Source of the DNA: Epithemia pelagica
Taxonomy: Eukaryota; Protista; Bacillariophyta
DNA: 64,000 nt
Reading direction: 5' to 3'
NCBI GenBank assembly: GCA_946965045.2
Contig: OX337231.1
Span: 2,728,001 to 2,792,000, forward strand
The notes beneath the pieces were generated by a model, which was given only the letters and a program-made list of their open reading frames with translations, did no database searches and had not been told where the DNA came from. This document shows positions 10,947-21,200 of this stretch, piece after piece (position 1 is the first letter of the stretch; each line of letters starts with the position of its first letter). The translations under genes were made by a program, and so were the position numbers.

Positions 10947-11626
10947 GAGGTAGGCAAAGAAGTCATGGGAGACTTGGTGATAGACGACCCAATTCCAAAG
11001 GAAACGTCACCAGTAGGGATGAAGCTGTCGGCAACAAAGGCCTTTGTCCAAAAGCAAGCAAAGTAGGGGGAAATTAGTATGACCGTACGGAAAATCGCAT
11101 CGTTCTCATCGTTGCAAAGCAAACGGGATGTACGCGTTTGGTAGATTGTTTCGTAATAACGTGATTCGTTTGAAATTCTTGGCTTCTTGTGAGTCCGGGA
11201 CAAGATACAGTCAACCAAGTAACATCCATGTAGTTCTTGTGTTAATTGCTTTGGTACTGCGTCTCTTACAATCAAATTAGCTTCTTGAAGACAAGAAGCA
11301 TGTTGTGCTTGGAGAGCACGAAACCCATCAATGATACATCTTGTAAGAACGGGAATATCGGGAACCGATGTATCGATGGGCAACGGAAAGATAGAAGTAA
11401 TAGAACGCATTGAATGGCGTATGAAATCTTCTTGGTACGTAGGGGGGATGCACAAGGAGTACATCTCAGTCAGAAGCAATTTGAAGTTTGGGGTATCGAA
11501 ACATCCAAGTTGATGCTTCGTTGCGTTAGGAAATGATCGAAGAACATGAATGACACCAGGTGGGCGGTTAGATGTAACGCCGGTTGTCTTATGTTTGGCA
11601 ATACGGTTGACTCTGATTGTCGTCAT
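10895..11626 (-). CDS. Probable N-terminal part of the TET/JBP-like gene; weak chromodomain-like segment
   Basis: ORF from ATG 11626 (MTTIRVNR) overlaps the dioxygenase ORF by 52 nt next to an 8-A run. It contains YLVDCILSR...YFACFWTKAFVADSFIP. The splice or frameshift junction is not resolved. Confidence 0.4.
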   Translation of the reverse strand: MTTIRVNRIAKHKTTGVTSNRPPGVIHVLRSFPNATKHQLGCFDTPNFKLLLTEMYSLCIPPTYQEDFIRHSMRSITSIFPLPIDTSVPDIPVLTRCIIDGFRALQAQHASCLQEANLIVRDAVPKQLTQELHGCYLVDCILSRTHKKPRISNESRYYETIYQTRTSRLLCNDENDAIFRTVILISPYFACFWTKAFVADSFIPTGDVSFGIGSSITKSPMTSLPTSWLRLVQKQVCLHGVAS

Positions 11627-11979
11627 CGTGTTTGTCGTGTTGGGATGATTTCCTAAAGGCAATGGAGGTGCGATGTGAGTCCAAAAAATGGACGGACAGA
11701 TAGGGAGTATAATGCGAAAGAGGAGTATTAAAGTCATTTGTGATTTGTGGGAACGGATTGACCAACGCCCCAGGGTGGGTCAATTTGTATAGTGCATATT
11801 GACCCCGTGAGTCAATATGTCTCTTGGGGCTATTTGTTGGGTAACAGCGCCACTTCAGGAACAAAGAGCAATGCCAATCGCCATGTCATTAGGTTGAGAA
11901 GTTGCTTGTTGCTTCCCACACAGACCAAAGAAAAGACTTGAACACAGGAACGAAGAAGGCTAGTCTTCTTTTTGACATA

Positions 11980-12802
11980 ATGTCGTCCTCAACATCCTCC
12001 GATATTCCCGCATCTCCAGATGAGTTATCGTCAGAGCGCCAAATGAACGATACATCCATACCAACACAATCCTCGGATTCCCTCGTACCATCTTCTGAGG
12101 AGGTGGAAGAGGAACGGCACATGAATGACACAACAATGCCTCCTCCAAAACCTCGCAGCCTCCATGGAAAAAACACCAGCATGCCACCCCCACCACCATC
12201 GCTTCCATCCGGGAGCATGAGTTCGAGTACGACTCCCACTCCGTCTCCAAACATGGTTGTGGGGGCTACGGCTTCGTCTCGTGTGCAACAACAACAACAA
12301 CCCTCACGACGTCAAAAGACTGGGTTACGGAAAGGCTTTGGTTTGTCTGATTGGAACCGGTTGCTAAGTGTGTCCAAGGACTTGGCTCAACGACGTGGTC
12401 AAGCCATTCGGAGAATACGTTGGGATGAAATCAAGAAGCACAACTCCCCGCATGACGGGTGGATCGTCCTCAAGAAGAAAGTATACTTTATTAGCCCATA
12501 TATTGCCTATCATCCTGGAGGAGAACGTATTCTCAAGCCTGTACTGGGAAAAGATGCAACGGCTCTCTTTAATAAATATCATCGATGGGTCAATGAAGAA
12601 CCGTAAGTCTATCTCGCTTGACCAGCAACAAACCTTGACTTGAATACGACTTTGCCTAACTATCTTGTGAATTTACTCTCTTTTGTACAGATTAATTGGT
12701 AAATTGCTGCTGGGATATTTAGACACTTCTTCGCCAATGGACGGTATCGATGAGGACGACGAAGAGGAGCAGAAACGAAGCTCGTATCTACCTGCGATGT
12801 AG
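11980..12802 (+). CDS. Cytochrome b5-like heme/steroid-binding domain protein (b5 reductase 4 N-terminal type)
   Basis: GFGLSDW, HNSPHDGWIVLKKKVYFISPYIAYHPGG and KYHRWVN. Intron 12603-12690 (GTAAGT...TACAG) continues in frame to LIGKLLLGYL and TAG at 12802. Confidence 0.85.
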
Positions 12803-12931
12803 GTAAAGCTTCTTTTCTCGAACTTAATGAGGATACAGGTAATTGCTTTGGAGGCCAATGACAAGTATCGAGTCTGGTAAACAGCTCTAATTAAAAACAG
12901 CAATTTTGAGTACCGCCATGTCTCACCAAAT

Positions 12932-13726
12932 CTACTCTCTGGGGAATCCAAATTCACGGCAATTATACAGAATAATTGCCAGCAACGCAACCAATAGTGC
13001 AAGGCTGTACGTCGGCATCAATGAGCTGTTCTTGCCTTTTCCAGTGCCGTCGTCAAACTCAAAATCTGGATTGATTATCTGGCACACTTTGACAGTTGCA
13101 AGTTGCATCTCCTTCAGTCGTTCTTCTGATAATGGCGGCTCCACGACCACCTTGGCCAAATGTGGCCAAATATTTTCAATCCAATCTTGAATGACTTTGC
13201 TCTGGAGCTCCTCACCCGTGCCACTTGCATCGGCCTTCCCTAAAGGTCCCACGCGTTTGGCGCCAACCAGATGCATGGCTTCATCAATTCGTTTGGGATT
13301 CTGGAAAAAGGTCGTAAACTTGGAGTCTCCCAAGCCACACATGGCAAAGGATAGTCCATCCAATACACCCTGGTGTTGTTTATCATTTTGCATGTCCTCG
13401 TACCATGCGTCGGAAAGATCGCGGTAGCGATAGCATCCAAGCGGTGCCTGTCCAACTCCGTAGCTTGAAGTGATAATGATCATAAGTCGTGTCCATGTAC
13501 ATTTGTCCAACTCCAAGAAGTCGTCTAATTGCATATGCGTGGGTTCCACCGTAATCGTCTCTTTTGTTCCAGTGAGTTTTTGAATAATCGACGGGGACAG
13601 CTTCGAAGACACTTGGGAGCACAACTCCTTCGCCCATTGTTCTGAATTTCCAGTCTGGGAACCATACAATACATAAACCTTTTCTGTGCGTGCACCCGAA
13701 GAAGTTTGCGTCGCCATGGTCGTCAT
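12932..13726 (-). CDS. Stand-alone flavodoxin-like FMN-binding protein with a C-terminal membrane anchor
   Basis: VYVLYGSQTGNSE, SSYGVGQAP, FAMCGLGDSKF and GPLGKADA; C-terminal hydrophobic LALLVALLAIILY. Confidence 0.85.
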   Translation of the reverse strand: MTTMATQTSSGARTEKVYVLYGSQTGNSEQWAKELCSQVSSKLSPSIIQKLTGTKETITVEPTHMQLDDFLELDKCTWTRLMIIITSSYGVGQAPLGCYRYRDLSDAWYEDMQNDKQHQGVLDGLSFAMCGLGDSKFTTFFQNPKRIDEAMHLVGAKRVGPLGKADASGTGEELQSKVIQDWIENIWPHLAKVVVEPPLSEERLKEMQLATVKVCQIINPDFEFDDGTGKGKNSSLMPTYSLALLVALLAIILYNCREFGFPRE

Positions 13727-14311
13727 TGGGCTATGTTGTGTTGAAAGCATTGTGATGAGAACACACAACCGCGCGATACTCGAACAGCGCGACCGGAAAA
13801 AGGAGTATGCTAGCTGCTATGTTCGTTTCCCCCTCTAGCTTGCAGCTTCTCCAGAGTGCTCCATCTGATGTTGTTTTGTAATTTTGTAATGATAGTTGGA
13901 TCAAAGACGGCAACAATGTGAAAATTGACAAAATCACTGCTGCCTCTGATAGGAGAGAGGAGTTTCAAACAAATTTTCTGTTCTCGAACAACGCGTGCCG
14001 CAAAACGCTACAACTATGCACTCATACTTTTACGTGTTGAGTTGTACTACATCATTAAATGATGTAGTCCTGTCCTAAGAGCCCCGATTTGAGAGTGCAT
14101 TCCGAATTCTGAACTCCAAGGTCTTGTCAACTCTGCCTTTTCCCGTTGAGAACTTTGTGGAGCCCAATCGCGCAGCTAATACAATCGCACTGGTTCGAAG
14201 TCGAGTCGCCTCCGCGACTGGAAACTCGCAAATGCATCTATCTAGCTAGACCATAACCAAGGTAAGACAAAACAAAGATCTCTTCCCACATTCGATGTTT
14301 CGTAGAAAGTC

Positions 14312-15385
14312 ATGACGTCTATTGGGGCCGAGTTCGTTCTGGTTCATGTGGACGTAGACGATGGTGACCATGGTGACCATCACTCCGGTAAGACGAAGGG
14401 CGATTCAATCTTTATGGATGTTAACCTTGACAAAACCACAATCTCTGATTGCGCAAGGTGGATCTCGCAGCAAGTCCAAGCACCGAAATACAGTTTCACG
14501 ACAGCCACCTTTCTGTTGGGCGACTATGGTCCAAAAACTTACAGGGCATATCACAATACTGAAGAGTTCAGCAGTGATGTCATAGAAGACGACAATCATG
14601 TAGACTACCTGAACAACTATCTGTGTCGTGATCGCCCCATAGTTGTCCATTTTCATGCAGCACTTCACCCCTTTAAGCTTTATATAAGAACATTGATGGG
14701 CAAGGTCATCCCTTTGTCGATCATGCACCGAGCGGCAAAGATGAAGCACGTCAAGGAGGCCATTTATTTATCTGAAAAGATTCCCCCCGACCAACAACGT
14801 CTGATTTTCGAGGGAAAACAGCTCGAAGATCATAGGACACTGCAAGATTACAGTATTTCGTCAGGGAGTACCCTTCATATGATATTGCGTCTTCGTGGTG
14901 GAGGAGGTCCGCCGGTTGTGGATGTCACGCGTTCCATTGCTCTGCGGACTTTTGCGTGGAACAAGGATGCTCCAAGATGGAGAGTAGTCGAGCCAGGCCT
15001 GTGTCTTGAAGGGATATGCAGAAATCCGTCGTGTTGCGCCTACCGAAGAATGGTTATTGCCAACATGAACATTCGAAAGGTTGATCTGGCCAAGTCAATT
15101 GAAATATCTTGCCTCTGTCCCGTGTGTCACCAACGATTCCAACCCATCAAACCTGGTTTTAACAACTGCTTTTGGAAGATTAGTGCCGTGAAAGAGTCGT
15201 TTCCCGAATCAGTCTTTCACACTCCGTGGAAACGGGCAGAAGACGCATATACGACGTACAACGAAGTAACCGCCGGAATGAGTGTGTTCACTCGTCTGCA
15301 AATCTTTGTGCGCCCTCTTTCTATGAAGAGTGATGACACGGGATTAGCGATCCCTCGCATTTCACCTGTTGTCTGTCCCATTTGA
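14312..15385 (+). CDS. Ubiquitin-domain fusion protein with a C-terminal Cys-rich domain
   Basis: LYIRTLMGK...[26 protein letters not shown]...[10 protein letters not shown], followed by [21 protein letters not shown]...CPVC...FNNCFW. Confidence 0.75.
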   Translation: MTSIGAEFVLVHVDVDDGDHGDHHSGKTKGDSIFMDVNLDKTTISDCARWISQQVQAPKYSFTTATFLLGDYGPKTYRAYHNTEEFSSDVIEDDNHVDYLNNYLCRDRPIVVHFHAALHPFKLYIRTLMGKVIPLSIMHRAAKMKHVKEAIYLSEKIPPDQQRLIFEGKQLEDHRTLQDYSISSGSTLHMILRLRGGGGPPVVDVTRSIALRTFAWNKDAPRWRVVEPGLCLEGICRNPSCCAYRRMVIANMNIRKVDLAKSIEISCLCPVCHQRFQPIKPGFNNCFWKISAVKESFPESVFHTPWKRAEDAYTTYNEVTAGMSVFTRLQIFVRPLSMKSDDTGLAIPRISPVVCPI

Positions 15386-15386
15386 T

Positions 15387-16075
15387 TTAGTTTGTTTCTC
15401 GAAGGACGAATTCTCGTGCCTCAATGAGCTGCTCCTGTTTAATTCTTGGTTCATGGGCGACAGACTTGGCCAGTATTGGTGACATGGAGTCGATCCAGTC
15501 CTGTATTTCTTTCGATTGCCCTTCGGCACCATTCTGAGCATCAGCCTCACCTCGCTCACCCACCATTTCCGCTCCCAAGAGTGTCAGAGCCTCACAAGTG
15601 ACTTCAAGAAAGGCAACACTGCATGTGAATGAATCTACTTGTAGTAGCAAAAACAGAGTCAAATGTTTTGTCACTCACCTTTGGGGTTTTTCATGTATGT
15701 CTCATAAGATGAATCTCCTAATCCGCACAAGGCAAACTCGATTCCTGTTAATGGTTTTGGCTTGTCCGGGTTATCTTGAAAGGTCTTGATCCAATTATTA
15801 CAACGCTTTCGGAACTTTCGACCCTGCATGGGACCATCTCCCGAACCGAAACTTGACACAAAAACAACAATTAAGGGACTCCAGTTTGGTTCTTTCAAGA
15901 AATCATCCAGGGAAATAGGGCCTTCACAATTTACATCGACGTCGCTTTCTCCTGCAATGTCCTTGATCTGCTCCACGGAAAGAAACTTTCTGGATTGCTC
16001 AACAAAGTCTTCAGCTGCTTTCAGCGAAGCTCCCCTGCTTGTTCCATATAGTACCGATATGTTGCGAGAGGGCAT
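15387..16075 (-). CDS. Second flavodoxin-like protein, paralog of 12932-13726, with no membrane anchor
   Basis: ISVLYGTSRGAS, SSFGSGDGP and FALCGLGDSSY. Intron 15602-15678 (GTGAGT...TGAAG) joins in frame to VTCEAL...GEADA...IQDWIDSMSPILAK, colinear with the first copy. Confidence 0.8.
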
Positions 16076-16600
16076 TTTATTACAAAGCGGAGAGATTGTT
16101 GGCGTCGTCTTCTTGTTTCGCGGTCTATTTGGTCTTTGGTCACTTCAATTGAATGACACCAATGAATCCAAACTCAAAAAGTGAGACCGCGAATCAATTA
16201 TTAATTATTACGAGTACGAAGTACGAATACGAATTGGGGGAGTTGAGGTTCCCCTTCGAGTTTCGAGGTTTGGTCATAAAAGGGCGGTCACAGTCACAGT
16301 TAAAGTGTCCGTCGTCCGCGAACCACACCCCGCTTTTTTCGAACGTAAATCAAGATCACCCCCTTTTTTGAAATCGAAGAGAGTGGGAGGCCCCTTTTGC
16401 GGCCAGCATGAGATGAAGCATGGAATGACACGAGACTTCCGAGGCGACGTTGTTGTCAGAATTATTAGACTCTGTTCTCCCTATGCAAGGAGGATTCGTA
16501 CAAGTCGTCATATGTCGAAGGCCTGAATCTTGTTGACTTGTTGTGGTTGTTTCCTTTTTCTTCGACTTGCCAGAAAGCTCACCTCTGTAGCATCGTGTTC

Positions 16601-18139
16601 ATGAGAGTTCCATGTTTTGCTGGATATACCAGACGAGTCGTTGTGCCGCGGGATAGCCATGGTATCATTGCACGAGTCACCCAGCCTTGGGCTGTCAATG
16701 AAAGATATTTTCGTCCTGTTGCGGCAATCGCACCCTTCACGTCTCAATCAGGACGTGGTGGAAGCAAAACATCGTCCTCGTTGCCGTCGACCGCGAAACC
16801 AACAACAGACTCTGACGACCGAACGTCATCCTGCAACTCGACCAAGACAACCAACCATTTGACAGAAGAGCGTGACGAACAGAATCGAGAATCAAAGAAA
16901 GCCAATGAAGAAAGCGTCCAATCAGGCGATGCTGGAGACGAAATGAAGGGCAACCAAACTCCAACGACAAAGAATTCAAGGGCACCGTCCTTGTTTCCTC
17001 GTCACCTTCGACGTTTAATTGTGCGACGAAATGACATTTATTTCAACAGCAAAAACAAGAACTCTTCGACATCCCAAACAGATCTTCAGCAATTGGTGGG
17101 AACCTACAAGCGAACACCAGTGGCGCAATCCGAAATCCTCGATTCATTTGGTCAGCTCATCCTCAAGCCAGCATCAGTATCGTCAAAGTCGTTTCGTCAT
17201 TACTTACATCAAGAAGACAAGTTTGATAACAGCAACAACGCGGGTGACACTCTCGAGTCGAGACCATTGGGGGTGAAGAATGAGTTCTTTGTCGGAAAAA
17301 CGCAATTTTCAACAAATTCTCTTCCTTTACTGAATGTTGCAGTCATGCTTGACCCTACCAAGTATGTCAAGTCTATGGATGCGAGTATGGTTCGTTCCGG
17401 AACAGAAGCAGCTCGTCGTATTCTTCGGGGACGCAAGGAATGGTATCGAACGGTTCGAAAGCATGCAGAGCGAGGCCTCGACCCTTCGTCAATCCCACTC
17501 TGGCCAAACAATCTCTCTTATCCCACGGACAGTATGAACAGAAGGGCCTCGTATCGGTTGACAGGACACGGGGTTCCCCGAGAGCTACTCCAGGATCATA
17601 TTGACTATGCGGGTGCTCTTCTTTCACAGAACCAAGCGACTTCTGTGACCTTAGCGTCAAGAGACTCGATCCGAGTGCGACGACCTGATGGGAGTCATCA
17701 CAACGTACAGGTCCCGGAAAATTCTCATTCTCTTGATTTGTACATGGCCGTCATGGAACGCATCTCCAAGACACTTTCAATCGTTTTACATCGTGAACCA
17801 TACTTTACCCAAAGACCTCACAGTCCAACGCCCGCATCTGAAGGCGAACCTTTGGAACAACCCGAAAGTGGGATTGATCCGAACGGTGACAATGATTCCC
17901 ATGCAGCAACAACAGATCGACCGTCATCAGGACCCTCAGATATGCCCATGTGGCACGTTGAGTTCACCCGAGGATGGGTTGTTGCGGAACCGACAGTGAA
18001 CCAGCTGGAACCGGTCGTTGAATGGGTTTGGCCAAGGCAAATCTTTATACGACTGCGAGGACGACCAAAGAACAATCCCCGAATGGCAGTTGCTCTAGCC
18101 TACGACGCAACCTTTCCAACGGTTGGAAAGAGATTGTAG
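16601..18139 (+). CDS. Hypothetical protein; weak resemblance to a degenerate IPNS-type 2OG-Fe oxygenase fold
   Basis: Long intronless ORF. YRLTGHGVPRELL and YMAVMERISKTL recall DIOX_N-type segments, but no HxD...H was found. Confidence 0.5.
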   Translation: MRVPCFAGYTRRVVVPRDSHGIIARVTQPWAVNERYFRPVAAIAPFTSQSGRGGSKTSSSLPSTAKPTTDSDDRTSSCNSTKTTNHLTEERDEQNRESKKANEESVQSGDAGDEMKGNQTPTTKNSRAPSLFPRHLRRLIVRRNDIYFNSKNKNSSTSQTDLQQLVGTYKRTPVAQSEILDSFGQLILKPASVSSKSFRHYLHQEDKFDNSNNAGDTLESRPLGVKNEFFVGKTQFSTNSLPLLNVAVMLDPTKYVKSMDASMVRSGTEAARRILRGRKEWYRTVRKHAERGLDPSSIPLWPNNLSYPTDSMNRRASYRLTGHGVPRELLQDHIDYAGALLSQNQATSVTLASRDSIRVRRPDGSHHNVQVPENSHSLDLYMAVMERISKTLSIVLHREPYFTQRPHSPTPASEGEPLEQPESGIDPNGDNDSHAATTDRPSSGPSDMPMWHVEFTRGWVVAEPTVNQLEPVVEWVWPRQIFIRLRGRPKNNPRMAVALAYDATFPTVGKRL

Positions 18140-18205
18140 TGATAATTTAATAAACAAACATTCAATTGGCAACCAGGCCAATGCGCATCGTCTTCAGTGG
18201 TTAAA

Positions 18206-21200
18206 TCAAGACGAAGCGAGAATCCGTGCGCTCTTAATGCCTTCCTCGCTCATCTCCATTCGATCAAAGTGATCTTGGAGAGACTGAACCATCCGATCGC
18301 GAGCAGAAAGGACCACCTCGCGAAATTCATTATCCGAAATATCACCATTTTCAATCGCGGCATCGACAAGATTGTACAAAAGATCGATCGTCTCGTAAGG
18401 CACGAAATCCATGTCACCTTTCTCTGGTAAACGCATTGCCGGTGAATTTGGTGCTGCCTCCGCAGAATCCAGGACAGAGGAAACAAGTTCGAAGGCAAAG
18501 TGGTACATTCCAGCCATCATGTATATGTTCAAAAGAGCACAAGGGTCTCCCAGGTACCCCACAAACCCCTTTTGTGGGCGCCTTGCGAACAAACCAGGAG
18601 TCCAATGGCACGGAAAGCTTCCATACTTTAACAGAGAAACCAGCCACTCTGGAAGTGCTGCAACTCTGTGGTCTACAACAAGGCAATCTGCAACTCTTGC
18701 TGCAAAAGGGGTCTCTGCCGTTGTATATGTTTTTGTAGCACTCTCTAACAACGCAATGGAGGCAACACGGATCGACGCAGCCTGAGGGTCTTCGTCGCGT
18801 CTGGGTGAGGGACCAAGCAGTACTGGCGGCTTACTTGATTCGCCAACAGCATCATAAGCAGCAAGAATCTGACTAAGGGAGGGGGTCGACCCTCCCCTGA
18901 CTCCCAAGGTCAGAGGAACGAGATGATCGCATAGAAAGCAGCTCAATGCGGTCAGAAAAAGGTCGCTACCTGGCAAAGATTCTTTCATTTGCAATGTCAA
19001 GATCAATCCTTGGTCGTAATGTCCGGCCTTGAGTAGTTCCATGATCAGCAATTGGATTCCCGTTCCATTTTCGTCTCTCTCCGACAACAGGAGCTGGACA
19101 AGCTTTTGATCAAACACATCATCAATCCAAAGTCTACGGACACCCGTCGCAACTATCAAACGAGTTCGCAAGTCTTGGCAGTCATTGTAACGATCCAAGC
19201 GATACTCATACAAGTTCTCTCCAGTGGCTTCTTTCTCTTCTTCGGAACGCTCCTCGTCTTGGTTGTCCACGCCGTCACGAGGACGCTTTATGATTCCGGA
19301 GGCTTCATCGGCATTCGACACAGTGAATGGTACCAGCGATAGTTTCTCGTACTCCCCAGATATAATGAATTGAGACTCTGGGTCCTCCACTAAGCACAGC
19401 GACTCATGAGCACCAGCTGCAGCCAGAACCAAGTCATCCAAAATGAGGCGAGTTCGTTTAAAAACAGTCGCACTATCCATGGGCAGTCCATTTGATGAAG
19501 AAAGCAATTTCGTCGAGTCGAGAGCAAGGGCGGATGTCGCGTTAACGTATCTTAATTCCATGGCTTGGGCAGCCTTCCTCAACTCATTCCGTGATAAATG
19601 AAGCGCGTACAAGGCGCCTTGGTAGTCGGAGATAGAATCTGATCCACTTGCAAGGTGGGTGTACCAATCACGATGTCCTGCTTTTCCCAAGATGTCCACA
19701 GCAACACTGTAGAGATCCATCCCACGCGCATTGTCCACTTCCTCTGTGTCCTCACCATACAGAGAACACATAGAAACAAGGCGACATAATGCTCCGGAAT
19801 CAACCATCGCAGTCACTAATCTTTGAAGATGATCCCGCCTTTGCAGTCGATTGGGGTTATATTTACATGCGATCAGCGCTTTCCCCCAGTCATTTGCTTC
19901 AAGTGATTTATAGAACAGCAAAGAGAGAAGTTTTTTGTATTCGGTGCTCCCAGACAAGAACTCCATAGAATACTGCTCTTGTAATGACGGAATCGCTTCA
20001 CCGATACTTGTCACCAGTCTCGACCTCGCCACAACATGCTGCCGGAGCTTATTCATTCTTCGATAGCTATCCTCGAGATTATGAGCATCGAAGCATAATA
20101 TATCATAAGCTCGATCTTCCATTATGCTTGCTGTCACTTCAGGATAATTGCTCGCCAACACCAGCAGGCATTCTGCCGTTGTTTCGAGCACCTCGCGTCT
20201 AGTTGACGTTTCCTGGTTCGACAATGAAGCCAACAAAAACGGAGACAGGAGTGTCAAGACAAGTTTTGGTTGCTCCATATGGGCACCCTTCGAAACCGAT
20301 GGGAGCATGAAACTGAGTTCTTGAGAAAGAGGGTCTTGCTCCACACCAGTAGGGCTAACGGAATCAAACAATCGGAACAAAGCCGTTTCCACCCGTTGGT
20401 ATAAAACCCGCGAATATGCCGGCAAGTTAGTAAATTCGTTCTCATTGTCTTGAACAAATCCTTGATTCACATTTGCGAGAAAACAATCAAGCATGGTAGT
20501 AACATTACCCATGCCCGCTGATAGCAAAATGGACTCTGACTGCATGCTGTCGAAGCTTGGCCTCTTTTTGGGAGGTAATCCATCTTGTTCAGTGTCAGTG
20601 GTCGCAACGCCTCTTGGTTGACTCAAACAAGGAACATGATGGCAAGAAGCCACCAAAAGCGAACCCGTCCGCAAGTATCCTAACCATGCTGACTCTCGAA
20701 TTGCAACAGGCGCATATAGTCCACAGAGCACGAGGTATCGCCCAAGGAACAGTTGCTTTACCTCATCCAATCTTCGTGCACAAAGGCTTGCTGCCGTGAG
20801 TCGCTCCTGCACGGACATGAATCGCGATGAAGACGGTTCCATCTCTATTTCCTCTTTATCTTGTTGACTCATGCTTGCACCCAATGACCCCCAATTTACT
20901 TGTTGCACATTGAAGACCCAGTCTTCAACACTGCTACTATTCAACGAACGTTGAAGATGATCAATTTCATTTTGAGACATGACAGCATCCCGGATACCTT
21001 CAGTCAGGAGACTCAACTCACTCGCAACGGCTGCGGCTGTGGGAGTCATGTCCATTGTACAATTGGAAAAGGCCAACATTATTCGTTGTTCTTGAGCATA
21101 CAACTGACTGGCCAAGTCACCTTGTGTTGCAATCTTCTCCAATATATGGGCAGCAACACGATCCAGAAGGTTACCAGACAAAGAAGGTTTGACTGGATTT

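Larger units (their letters stand above)
6400..11840. mobile_element. Putative degenerate or non-autonomous DNA-transposon-like cassette carrying TET/JBP-like and Ulp1-CXC genes; ends approximate
   Basis: Lower GC than the flanks. Copies of one repeat motif lie at 6486-6519, in the 7464-8040 array and inverted at 11804-11838. Imperfect inverted matches exist between 6581-6631 and 11727-11805. The cargo domains are typical of transposons. No transposase core, TIR or TSD was identified. Confidence 0.5.

Noticed and set aside
11795-11830. Hairpin as a Helitron 3' end
   Set aside because: No CTRR terminus at the expected distance and no Rep/helicase remnant.
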